A stretch of DNA of 64,000 bases from Candidatus Hydrogenedentota bacterium (GTDB taxonomy: Bacteria; Hydrogenedentota; Hydrogenedentia; Hydrogenedentales; SLHB01): contig CAVUWV010000013.1 in the NCBI GenBank assembly GCA_963745075.1, positions 128,001 to 192,000 on the forward strand, read 5' to 3'. Positions within the stretch are counted from its first letter, which is position 1; every line of letters begins with the position of its first letter. Positions 54,758 through 64,000 of this stretch are shown in pieces. A program made the translations under genes and the position numbers. The notes beneath the pieces are model-generated. The model saw only the letters and a list, made by a program, of their open reading frames with translations. It searched no databases and was not told the DNA's origin.

Positions 54758-57031
54758 ATGAGAACTCTTGGGGGAATCGTAGTCACGGCATTCACGTTCG
54801 CCAACGCCGGCGTCGCGTATGGAATCACCTTGGCCAGCGACAGCGCATCCGAGTACACCATCGTGGTCGCGGACGGCGCCATCGTGCCGGAGCGCACGGC
54901 GGCGAAAGAACTGCAAGACCATCTCGCCGCGGTCACCGGGGTCACGATACCGGTCGTGGATGAGCGGGACGCGCCGTCCGGGGCTAAACTGATCATCCTC
55001 GGTCCATCGCAACGGTTGAAGACCGCGTTCCCCGACCTGGACCTGGATGCCCTCGGCCACGACGGCATCGTCATGAAGACGGTAGACGACACACTTTTCC
55101 TGGCCGGAGGCCGGCCGCGGGGGACCCTGTACGCGGTCTACACCTTTCTCGAAGACGTCGTCGGTTGCCGGTGGTGGACGTCCGCCGAGCAGTTCATCCC
55201 CTCGAAAGCGGTCCTGGAAATCCCCGTGCTGAACACGGTCTATACGCCCGCATTGCGCTATCGCGAGGCCTTCTACCGGGACGCGTTGAACGGCATCTTC
55301 GCTGCGCGCAGCAAGTGCAACGGCAACCACGACGGCGTACCCGACGAATACGGCGGTCACTACACGATCCTCGGCTGGTGCCACACCTTCTACCAGCTCC
55401 TCCCGCCGGACAAGTATTTTAAGGACCACCCCGAGTGGTATAGCGAAATCAACGGGCAACGCGTCGGCGAAGGCGCGCAGCTCTGCCTGACCAACGACGC
55501 CATGCGCGCGGAACTCACGAAGAACGCGTTGGAATGGATTCGCAAGAACCCGACGGCGGGCCTGATCTCCATCACACAGAACGACTGCGGCGGAAACTGC
55601 CAATGCGCGAACTGTGCGGCCATCGAGCAAGAAGAAGGCGCGCCGTCCGGCCTGCTGGTGCAGTTTGTGAACCAAGTGGCCGAGGACATCGAAAAGGAAT
55701 TCCCCGACATGCTGGTGGAGACGCTGGCCTACCAGTACACGCGCAAGGCCCCGTTGCATGTGCGACCCCGCGAGAACGTCGTGATTCGGTTGTGCACCAT
55801 CGAGTGCAGTTTTTCCGAACCGCTCGCCACGGCTCCCCGCAACGCGGACTTCCGCAACGACATCGAAGCCTGGAGCGCAATTGCCGGCAAGCTGTACGTA
55901 TGGGACTACGTCACGAATTTCCGCCAATACCTGCTGCCGCACCCGAACATTCAATCGCTCGCGCCGAACATCCGCTTCTTCGTCGCGAACAACTGCATTG
56001 GATTGTTTGAACAGGGCGACACCGGTTCGTCTTGCGGCGAGTTCGTCGAACTGCGGGCCTGGGTGCTGGCGCATCTCATGTGGGACCCGTCGCGCGATCC
56101 GAACGCGCTCATCGACGAATTCCTCGCCGGATACTACGGACCCGCCGCCTGGCCTTTGCGCCGGTACATCGATCGCATGAGCGACGCCGTGTCGCGCGCA
56201 GACGTGCATTTCGGCTGCTTTCAGGACACGACGGCCGCGTGGCTCGGCATCGACGATTTGAACGCGGCCGAAGTAGACTTCGAAGCAGCCGAAGCCGCGG
56301 TGAGAGGCGAACGTGTATTGGAAGCACGCGTCCGCCGTGCCCGGTTGCCGCTGACCTACGCGTGGCTGAACCGGTACCAGGCGCTGAAGCGGTCCGCGCG
56401 CCTGCTGAATCGCCCCTTCGACGGCCCCGCCGATCCGGTGGCCGCTACCGAAGAGTTCATTCAAACCTGCGAAACGTTCAACGTCGGCAGCTACGCGGAA
56501 GGCCGACCCTTTTCCCAACTTGCCTCGGTGCTGCGGTCGCGGTTCAGCGCGGTGCAAGCGCCCGTGCCGGAGGTGTGCAAAGGCCTGCCCGAGAATCGAT
56601 GGCTCGACATCCAAGACAACGAATTCCGCCTGACCGGCGTCGGCAATTGGGTCACAATTGTCGACGATCCCGCCGCGTCCGACGGCAAAGCCGCGCGCAT
56701 GCCCGCGACCCACACGCAGTGGGCCGTCCAGTATCCCATCAGCGCCGACGTAGCGACCCCCGCGCCGCAGCATTGTTACCTTGCGGTCCGCTGCGACGCG
56801 AAAGCCGAGACCGGCGGCGCAATGCAGATCGGCATCTACGACACCTCGAAACCGGGTCCCGTCGCGCAGCAAACCGTGTCCATCGAGGCCACGGGGGACG
56901 GCTATACGCTCGCTGACCTCGGCGTTCACAAATTGACTCCGGACATGTACGTTTGGATCGCGCCGTTGAACGATCCCGATTCCGTGGACGCTGTATACGT
57001 GGATCGCCTCGTTCTTGTCCGCGAAGCATGA
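54758..57031 (+). CDS. DUF4838 family secreted protein with GH67-like N-terminal domain
   Basis: TAAKELQDHL, RGTLYAVYTFLED..GCRWW, CHTF, HPEWY, QLCLTN, TLAYQYT, YVWDY. Confidence 0.85.
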   Translation: MRTLGGIVVTAFTFANAGVAYGITLASDSASEYTIVVADGAIVPERTAAKELQDHLAAVTGVTIPVVDERDAPSGAKLIILGPSQRLKTAFPDLDLDALGHDGIVMKTVDDTLFLAGGRPRGTLYAVYTFLEDVVGCRWWTSAEQFIPSKAVLEIPVLNTVYTPALRYREAFYRDALNGIFAARSKCNGNHDGVPDEYGGHYTILGWCHTFYQLLPPDKYFKDHPEWYSEINGQRVGEGAQLCLTNDAMRAELTKNALEWIRKNPTAGLISITQNDCGGNCQCANCAAIEQEEGAPSGLLVQFVNQVAEDIEKEFPDMLVETLAYQYTRKAPLHVRPRENVVIRLCTIECSFSEPLATAPRNADFRNDIEAWSAIAGKLYVWDYVTNFRQYLLPHPNIQSLAPNIRFFVANNCIGLFEQGDTGSSCGEFVELRAWVLAHLMWDPSRDPNALIDEFLAGYYGPAAWPLRRYIDRMSDAVSRADVHFGCFQDTTAAWLGIDDLNAAEVDFEAAEAAVRGERVLEARVRRARLPLTYAWLNRYQALKRSARLLNRPFDGPADPVAATEEFIQTCETFNVGSYAEGRPFSQLASVLRSRFSAVQAPVPEVCKGLPENRWLDIQDNEFRLTGVGNWVTIVDDPAASDGKAARMPATHTQWAVQYPISADVATPAPQHCYLAVRCDAKAETGGAMQIGIYDTSKPGPVAQQTVSIEATGDGYTLADLGVHKLTPDMYVWIAPLNDPDSVDAVYVDRLVLVREA

Positions 57032-57085
57032 GCGGGAGCGTCGCGCGTCGGCTCGGATTTCGTAGTCTTGCTCGGTGTATCCTTT

Positions 57086-57171
57086 GCCCCGAAGGGGCGA
57101 AACATGACAGCCCAGGGCAACGCCCTGGGAAATGTGTTGCCCATGTATGTAAGCCCTGAAGGGGCGAAACA
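57086..57171. repeat. REP/MITE-like element made of three hairpins
   Basis: GCCCCGAAGGGGCGAAACA, then CCCAGGGCAACGCCCTGGG, then GCCCTGAAGGGGCGAAACA. Confidence 0.75.
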
Positions 57172-57267
57172 ACGGACCGCGAACCACAGGTATTCAGGCG
57201 ATTTCTTCCGCATGATTCATGGCGTGTGGCATCGGTCGCTAAACCGGAACACATAAAGAGAGCGAAC

Positions 57268-59502
57268 ATGAGACGTAAATGGAGTCAAGAGGTCAAGCGT
57301 ATGGTGGTGACGTTAACGTTGCTAAGTCTCGTTGTGCTCGCGGGAATTGAATTCGCATCGGCGGAAACCGCTGACACCGCAGTCTTGCCCTTCGAAACCT
57401 ACCTCGCGCGTTGGTGGGGCGCGGAAGGCTCGGAATTGACCCGTCCAACGTACCGCATCGCCAAGATCGACAACGGCATCTTCCGCTTGCACTACGGCAT
57501 CGTCCCTGGACGCGACCTGTCCGATTACACGATGCCTTATTGGCCGATTCGCAGCTTTCTCTCGATTGTGAGTGGGGACGCAGAACTCGCGGAGCAATTC
57601 GACGTCCAGTTCACCGTGAATGGCGAAACCGAGGAGATCGGATTCACACCCCGGAGCGGGGTGGAACTTGCTGCGTTGAACAACGTGCAGTTCCTGCGGG
57701 TGCGGAATCGCAGCACACAGTTCCCAGAGGACGCGACCATCCCCGAGAGCGTCGACTACGTCGAGACCAACGTCTGTTCCATCGAACAAACCTTTGCGTT
57801 GAAGCGAGACGATCCCACAATCCAGGTGCATTGTGCATTTGCAAACCTCGGGAAAGCGCCGTTTGCGCAGATGAACGCCCGCGTCAGCTATCAGCAGTCT
57901 TTTAACTGGGCGCGGTTCGGTGCCGTCCACAACGGGGCGTACGAAGACATCCAAGCGCCTTCGGAAGGTTCCGCGCCGGGTTTCTACGCGTGGTCGCCCG
58001 GGGTGCAACGCGGATACGAGTTCGTCGCCGGTACCGGGTGCGAGTTGAACTATCGTTTGGACAACGAATTGAATGCGTGGCACGTTACGCTGCACGCCGC
58101 GTCTACCGAGGATTCCCCGACCATGGAGTATTCGGTTCGGGTGATCTCCGAACCGCCGAGTCACTTGGACGTCCCTGTCACTGCATTCACCGGCCCGCTG
58201 GATTTGCTCCACTTCACGCGCGTTCAACCCACCGAATACCGTTCCGCGCCGGTGAAATCGGACGGTCGCAGGACGATTTCGGATATGTTGCAGAATCTGA
58301 ACGCGCCCAAAGTGCGCGGACTTAACCCGCGGGGAGGTTTCGCGCAAACGCCGGAAGATCTGAAAACGTTGAAGGAATGGGGATGTAACCTCGTAATCCT
58401 CGGTCTCGGCGACCCGAACCAAGTGGCCAGACTGACCAAGGCCGCGCACGATTTGGGCATGGAAGTGCTGCTCGCGGGACATGGGAGTTTCAAAGAAGGC
58501 GAGCCGAAATTCGACACGCTTTTCGCGGAACTGCGGCCCCGCGCGCAGTTGCCGGATGCCTATGGACAGGACGAAGACCACTACTACTGGTACGCCATTC
58601 AGCCTGCGCGCGATTTCGCCGGGCAATTCGGGAAACCCATGGGCGACGCGACACACGCGGAGGTAGTCGCATATTGGGCGGACTGTTTTGTCGACAAATG
58701 GCGTGGCTTGCGCGACGCAGTTACGGCGCATGTCCCTGATGCGGGCATCTGGTTTTACTCACCGTTCCCGAGCGTGGCTCATGTGGACCCGGTGGACAGC
58801 TATACGCCGTTTCTACAAACATTGTCCAAGATCGACGAGCGGCTGACAGTCTTTCCCTTCTACTACGGCATCGACTACAACCAGGCGGAGTATATGGTGC
58901 GGCGTTGGAAGGATGCCGGCGCGCCCCGCGTGGTATTCTTGCCCATGCGCGACTTCTTGACCAAGCCCAGCCAGTTCATTCGCGTGATTACCGCTGCGCG
59001 CCGCGGGCAGGCCGACGGCACCACGGGCTTCAGCTTCTCCGTCGGCGATGCGCCCGACAATGCGTGGCAATGGAAGTCGGTTATGCTGGCGGCATGGGCG
59101 AATTTCCCCACACCGGACCTGGCTGCGTTTTGTTGTCTGGAAGAACCGGCCGAGTTGGTCGAACAGATCGCAATTTCGATTCTTAACGTCGAGGCCACCG
59201 AAGGCGAAGCTCGGGCACTCGTCGATTCGCTCAAGTCGGCCCGTGGCGATAAGGTGTTCGCCCCGAAGACCGATAATCGTGGCGGAAATACGTTGAAAGT
59301 TGCTCTGGAAGTCGTTCCGTTGGAAGGCATCGGCGGGATTCAAATCGACCGTGATGCGGTACCAGGGCAGAGCCAGGGATTCATCCTGCAAGAAGGCGAC
59401 ACGGTTCGACTTATCGGCACAGACGCCACCGGTTTGCGCCGCGCCGCCGACTGGTTTGGCCGGTTCGTGGAACTCGCGGACGTTGAGCGTGGAACGGAGT
59501 GA
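57268..59502 (+). CDS. Large secreted hypothetical protein with possible GH-like TIM barrel
   Basis: Signal peptide (start 57268 or 57301); LKEWGCNLV, KAAHDLGMEV. Confidence 0.55.
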   Translation: MRRKWSQEVKRMVVTLTLLSLVVLAGIEFASAETADTAVLPFETYLARWWGAEGSELTRPTYRIAKIDNGIFRLHYGIVPGRDLSDYTMPYWPIRSFLSIVSGDAELAEQFDVQFTVNGETEEIGFTPRSGVELAALNNVQFLRVRNRSTQFPEDATIPESVDYVETNVCSIEQTFALKRDDPTIQVHCAFANLGKAPFAQMNARVSYQQSFNWARFGAVHNGAYEDIQAPSEGSAPGFYAWSPGVQRGYEFVAGTGCELNYRLDNELNAWHVTLHAASTEDSPTMEYSVRVISEPPSHLDVPVTAFTGPLDLLHFTRVQPTEYRSAPVKSDGRRTISDMLQNLNAPKVRGLNPRGGFAQTPEDLKTLKEWGCNLVILGLGDPNQVARLTKAAHDLGMEVLLAGHGSFKEGEPKFDTLFAELRPRAQLPDAYGQDEDHYYWYAIQPARDFAGQFGKPMGDATHAEVVAYWADCFVDKWRGLRDAVTAHVPDAGIWFYSPFPSVAHVDPVDSYTPFLQTLSKIDERLTVFPFYYGIDYNQAEYMVRRWKDAGAPRVVFLPMRDFLTKPSQFIRVITAARRGQADGTTGFSFSVGDAPDNAWQWKSVMLAAWANFPTPDLAAFCCLEEPAELVEQIAISILNVEATEGEARALVDSLKSARGDKVFAPKTDNRGGNTLKVALEVVPLEGIGGIQIDRDAVPGQSQGFILQEGDTVRLIGTDATGLRRAADWFGRFVELADVERGTE

Positions 59503-59601
59503 ATGCTTACGGACAATTGTTCATAAGGAGACGGCCGGTGCTATCATGATGGTAGGCCGTAAATTGGGGGAACACGGTAGAACCGAGCGGGGGCGCCAGC
59601 C

Positions 59602-60474
59602 ATGCGAATCGGTTTCCACACAGACGCGTTTAATTCCTCGTACTGGAATTTTGAAAAGTGCCTGGAATGGGCGGAAAAAAACGACGTTCATCTCATCGAA
59701 TGCGGGCTCATTGACGGCGTAAGTTGGATTCACGGTTTGGGCTATCAACCTCACGTCGCGCTCTACGAAGACCCCTTGCTCCTTCGCGCGAAAATGGCGG
59801 GGTATGGGGTTCGCTTCTCGCAGGTCGATGCGGCGTATCCGTTGTCCGGCGCGGACGGTCCGATGCGCGGTCTGCCGTACGTGCTCAAGTCGATCCCCTG
59901 GGCGAAACATGCGGGTTGCGCGAACGTGGCCACCACGGACGGCCTCCACAAGCCCGAAGGGCTCTCCGATGACGAGGCCATGGACCACATGAAGCGCAGC
60001 TACGAGCAAATCGTGCATTGCGCCGAGGCCTACGCGATGACCGTCAACATCGAGGTCCACGGCTACTTCACGACCAATCCGGACCGCATGGCCGAGATGC
60101 TCGCTTTCTGTGACAGTCCCTACCTTCGCATGAACCTCGACACGGGCAACACGTTTATTGCGGGGCAGGATCCCGTGGCGTTCGCGAAGCGCTTTTTGAA
60201 GAAGGTAGCGCACGTGCATGTCAAAGATGTCAGTGAATCGTTGGCCGCCGCGGCGCGTGGCGAGCAGACCGGCATCGCCGTCAGTCATTGCGCCATCGGC
60301 GATGGCGTGAACGCGGATAACATCAAGCAGTGCCTCATGCTGCTGCGCGACCGCGGCTACGACGGTGTCCTCAGCATGGAATGCGAAGGCCAGGGCGGAC
60401 CGCTCATCGAGCGTTCGCTGGCGTGGTTACGTAAGACGTTGGACGAATTGGGGATTGAAGAAGAGAAAGCCTGA
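59602..60474 (+). CDS. Sugar phosphate isomerase/epimerase family
   Basis: NIEVHG, MNLDTGN, HVHVKD, LSMECE. Confidence 0.88.
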   Translation: MRIGFHTDAFNSSYWNFEKCLEWAEKNDVHLIECGLIDGVSWIHGLGYQPHVALYEDPLLLRAKMAGYGVRFSQVDAAYPLSGADGPMRGLPYVLKSIPWAKHAGCANVATTDGLHKPEGLSDDEAMDHMKRSYEQIVHCAEAYAMTVNIEVHGYFTTNPDRMAEMLAFCDSPYLRMNLDTGNTFIAGQDPVAFAKRFLKKVAHVHVKDVSESLAAAARGEQTGIAVSHCAIGDGVNADNIKQCLMLLRDRGYDGVLSMECEGQGGPLIERSLAWLRKTLDELGIEEEKA

Positions 60475-60502
60475 GCGACGCGGGATTTCAGGGGGATGCA
60501 GA

Positions 60503-61834
60503 ATGAACCATCGAAAAGGCCAATCACACGAAAATACGCGCAGAGATTTTCTGAAGGCCGCAGCCGGAGTCGTCATCGCGCCGAACATCATTCCTTCGAC
60601 AGCGTGGGGAGCGGCTGCGCCCAGCAATCGTTTGAACGTCGCCATCATTGGCTGCGGCGGTCGCGGTCGATCGCATGTCAATGGGCTGAAGGCCTTCGAC
60701 AATGCGCGAATCGCCGTCACCTGCAACGTCAATGCCGTCAACCGCAACGTCGCCAAGAACATGGTCGATGAAATCAGCGGGACCACGGACTGCGTTGCCA
60801 TGCGCTACTTCGAGGCCGTTGCCACGCGTGACGATATTGACGCGGTCGTAATCGCGGTCCCGGACCACTGGCACGCCCTCATCGCCAACACGGTCGCCTA
60901 TGGCGGCAAACACATCTATCTCGAGAAGCCTTTTTCCTACTCGATTGCAGAAGGACAATCTATTGTCGACGCCGTACGCCGCAACGGCGTCGTTTTCCAG
61001 CACGGGACTCAGCAGCGGTCCGACCCCAACTATTGGCGCGCCTGCATGCTGGCCCGTAACGGACACCTGGGCAAGATTGAAACGGTCCGCGTGGGTTCGC
61101 CGTTCGGTTTGAAAGGCGGCAGCACGGATATGGTGCCGACGCCGGAGGGCCTCGACTACGACCGCTGGCTGGGTCCGGCGCCGTTCCAGGTCTACACGCC
61201 GCACCGCTGCGACGGCTCGGGCGGCGAGGGGTGGTACCACATTCGCGACTACTCCGGCGGGTGGATTACCGCCTGGGGTTCGCACGACGTCGATATCGCG
61301 CACTGGGGCATCGGCGCGGATGATAGCGGACCCGTCGAGGTGGCCGGTGAAGCCGAGTTCGCCACGAGTGGCGTCTACGACACCGCCTGGCGGTGGCATT
61401 TCGATATGACCTACGCAGACGGCGCGAAAGTCGTCTACGCCAGCGAAGACGAAAACCCTCACGGCGTGAAGTTCGAGGGTTCGGAAGGGTCGATCTTCGT
61501 CAATCGCCAGAAGCTCGAAGCGGATCCCAAGTCGTTGCTTGAGATTCCGCTCGACGGCGATTCCGTTCAGTTGACCAAGGCCGATAATCACATCGCCAGT
61601 TTCCTCGAAGCGATTCGGAACGGGACACCGGTCACGGCGCCCCTCGAAACCGCCCATCGCTCGACCACTGCGTGCCATCTCTGCAACATCGCGGCCGTCC
61701 TGAAACGCCCCGTTCGCTGGGACCCGGCGAACGAACAGTTTATCGACGATGCCGAGGCGACCGCGTTGATGTCTCGAACCATGCGCGAACCGTGGTCGCT
61801 GGACGAGCCCTGCCCGAATCCTGCTGCGGTGTAG
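60503..61834 (+). CDS. Tat-exported Gfo/Idh/MocA oxidoreductase
   Basis: TRRDFLK, IGCGGRG, PDHWH, YLEKP, GTQQRS, WLGPAP. Confidence 0.92.
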   Translation: MNHRKGQSHENTRRDFLKAAAGVVIAPNIIPSTAWGAAAPSNRLNVAIIGCGGRGRSHVNGLKAFDNARIAVTCNVNAVNRNVAKNMVDEISGTTDCVAMRYFEAVATRDDIDAVVIAVPDHWHALIANTVAYGGKHIYLEKPFSYSIAEGQSIVDAVRRNGVVFQHGTQQRSDPNYWRACMLARNGHLGKIETVRVGSPFGLKGGSTDMVPTPEGLDYDRWLGPAPFQVYTPHRCDGSGGEGWYHIRDYSGGWITAWGSHDVDIAHWGIGADDSGPVEVAGEAEFATSGVYDTAWRWHFDMTYADGAKVVYASEDENPHGVKFEGSEGSIFVNRQKLEADPKSLLEIPLDGDSVQLTKADNHIASFLEAIRNGTPVTAPLETAHRSTTACHLCNIAAVLKRPVRWDPANEQFIDDAEATALMSRTMREPWSLDEPCPNPAAV

Positions 61835-61894
61835 GGCCGTATGGCTTGTCCGCCGGGGTCGAGATCTACGGGTAGAAGTGGGGGAGTAGTTGCG

Positions 61895-63187
61895 ATGTCA
61901 GATGGAATGAAGCGTTTTGAATTCGGAGGCCTCCGTTCGTGGGGTTTCGCTCTGGTGCTGTTGTGCGTCGTGTCCTTCCACGGTTTGGCGCAGCAGACCG
62001 GTTCGGACGGCGCTTCTGAGTTTCCCGGAGCGGCGCGGCTTTCCGCAACGCACCCAAACCTGCCCAATGGGTACACGCTCCTCGCGAGTCTGGACTGCGG
62101 AGCGTCAGAATCGGCGGTGGGCGACAACGATGCCCGTTTAGTTTGTACGCGCGGCGAGGCGCATGCGATTCCCGAGTCGTCGGCTCCGTTTTCCGGTGAA
62201 GCCCGCGACGCGGAGCGCGTCGAATTTAACGTGAATGGTCTCCAATCGGGTATGGACTACGTGCTCGGGTTCACGTGGTTTGACGCCGGCGCAGAAGGAC
62301 GCGTGCAATCCGTGCAGTTCGTGACAGACGAAGGCTCGACCACGGTTATACCGTCGGCGATTCCATTGGCGTTTCACCACGATCAGCCGACGTGGGCGAG
62401 GGTGCTTCTGCCGGTTCCAGACGGGTTTGTCGCGAAAGGCTCGTTTTCCGTGGCCTTTGCACGCGAGGCTGGCGACACTGTTGGGGTAAACGAGCTCTGG
62501 CTGCTGGGTCGCGACCGCAATGACGCGCAGAAAAGCGTCTTGATTGTCACCGGTGACGATTGGACCGGCCATCACTGGCGCGCGACGGGTCCGGAGGTGG
62601 CAGGGATCCTGCGCGAAGACCCTCGGCTGGAAGTGTCGATTACCGAATCGCCGTACGTGCTGGCCTCGCCATTGCTCGATCAGTACGATGCCGTGGTTCT
62701 CCACTTTAAGAACTACAACGATCGGCTGCCGCTCGGCGACGCGGTCTGGTCGGGGCTGGAGCGCTATGTGCAATCTGGAAAAGGACTTGTGCTGGTTCAT
62801 TTCGGGTGCGGGGCGTTCCAGGAGTGGGAGGGCTACGTCCACCTCTGCGGCCGGGTCTGGGACCCCGCAAAGCGCGGCCACGACCCCTATGGGCCGTTCG
62901 AGGTCCGGGTCGTGAATGATACCCACCCCATCACGTGTGCCATGAAGACCTTCGAGACGGCGGACGAGTTGTACACCTGCCTCGTCGGGACTCCGCCGAT
63001 TGACGTGTTGTGCGAGGCCACCTCCAAAGTCGACGGCACGAACCACCCCATGGGGTTCGTCGTGCCCGAATCCGGCGGACGCGTCTTCCACTGCACCCTG
63101 GGCCACGACGTGCCGTCGCTCCAGCACCCCGGCACGCGCGAACTCTACCGCCGCGCCGTCGCCTGGGCCGCGGGCCTCGAACCGTAA
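61895..63187 (+). CDS. Secreted ThuA-domain protein
   Basis: Signal peptide; VLIVTGDD..GHHW, GKGLVLVH, HPIT, DELY, GRVFHCTLGH. Confidence 0.85.
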   Translation: MSDGMKRFEFGGLRSWGFALVLLCVVSFHGLAQQTGSDGASEFPGAARLSATHPNLPNGYTLLASLDCGASESAVGDNDARLVCTRGEAHAIPESSAPFSGEARDAERVEFNVNGLQSGMDYVLGFTWFDAGAEGRVQSVQFVTDEGSTTVIPSAIPLAFHHDQPTWARVLLPVPDGFVAKGSFSVAFAREAGDTVGVNELWLLGRDRNDAQKSVLIVTGDDWTGHHWRATGPEVAGILREDPRLEVSITESPYVLASPLLDQYDAVVLHFKNYNDRLPLGDAVWSGLERYVQSGKGLVLVHFGCGAFQEWEGYVHLCGRVWDPAKRGHDPYGPFEVRVVNDTHPITCAMKTFETADELYTCLVGTPPIDVLCEATSKVDGTNHPMGFVVPESGGRVFHCTLGHDVPSLQHPGTRELYRRAVAWAAGLEP

Positions 63188-63212
63188 CGGCAATCGGCCG
63201 GTCTGAGAGGAA

Positions 63213-64000
63213 CATCCCCCTTGATCCCCCTTCGAAGGGGGAGCGGCTGGACCGGAGCTATTGGTAGTTTTGCAGGGTTTCGGGCAAATCTATATTCCTC
63301 TCCCGGCGCGCCAATCGAAGCGTCGACTCTTGTCGGTTCCGTCTTCAAAGGGGGAAGGTCGCGGGGAGGCTGGAGTCCGGAGTGGCGCGGGGTGCACCCC
63401 CCTGACTTTTGACGAAACAAGGGGGAGTGGCGATTGCGGTCCCCGTTCGCGAGGATGACATGCGGATTTCGGATCTTGTCGATATCTTCTTGACAGCCGC
63501 GGACTTGGGACAATCGAGGCAGGGGCGGCTCTGGAGTCCAGAGGTCCGCAGGGGGTGGGGGGTGCACCCATTTCTTTGTGACGATTCAAGGGGGGTGATC
63601 CGATTGCGGATTGCGGATTCTCGGGTGTTCGGGGCGGGTGCGGTGTCGTGTTTCATGGGCAGAGTTCTCCCTTATAGTTATTGCGCGGCGGGTTGCAGTG
63701 GAAGGCCGGCAGGTAGCGCGGCGCGAATAGTGAAGGACAGAACAATGGAACGCGGATTTGGCGGATGGTGCGAATTGGCGCGGATCGTTGGTTGGGGAGT
63801 TGGGAAGCCAACGGGCGGGACGCCCGTTCCCCATTGGACCTGCGCTGGAGTGGGAGCCCGCAGCGTGCGGCAACCAAATGCGAAATTCGAAGCACGAAAT
63901 CCGAAACAAATCCCAATGACCGAATATCTAATGATCGAAACACGCTGTCGGACTGGTGGGAAGGAAGGCGAAGAGGATCTCACCACGAACTGCACGAAAC
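63213..64000. repeat. Patchwork of several short palindromic and periodic repeats
   Basis: CCCCCTTCGAAGGGGG; two GGGGTGCACCC...GACGA..CAAGGGGG units; GATTGCG repeats; AACGGGCGGGACGCCCGTT; CGAAAT heptads. Confidence 0.65.

Noticed and set aside
54575..57187. Long antisense ORFs (also 1849..3414, 16353..18044, 29743..31827, 38905..40197)
   Set aside because: Shadow ORFs of GC-rich genes on the opposite strand with no recognisable motifs.

Overview
A GC-rich (about 60%) bacterial chromosomal window. The gene style is compatible with Candidatus Hydrogenedentota or a PVC-like organism; this is inference only. It holds housekeeping genes (stand-alone PurH IMP-cyclohydrolase domain, purD, purC, purF, dxs, acyl-CoA ligase, mgtE, tex, dtd, ald, sodA, hemN, hemY) and many carbohydrate-active or secreted proteins (GH2, GH4, BNR sialidases, sulfatase, DUF4838, ThuA, Gfo/Idh/MocA). 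A glycan-modification set comprises two CgeB-like glycosyltransferases, a GT2, a formyltransferase, a degenerate AsnB and a methyltransferase. A redox block comprises a Rieske protein, FdxA, AmrS and NsrR with a matching box. One complete 1587-bp IS1202-family element has a 16-bp target duplication. About seven genes carry single frameshifts, probably sequencing indels. The most novel signal is the dtd-ald intergenic region (about 38.0-38.9 kb), which encodes two small peptides. One is a 24-aa amphipathic helix with its own promoter, RBS and terminator, absent from the ORF track. The other is a 52-aa peptide with a basic MKHxKRIS leader and two Cys. Also notable are an orphan halogenase-like flavoprotein, a degenerate GGDEF regulator with an intact I-site, and several intergenic REP/MITE-like elements, including a dense patchwork at the right end.
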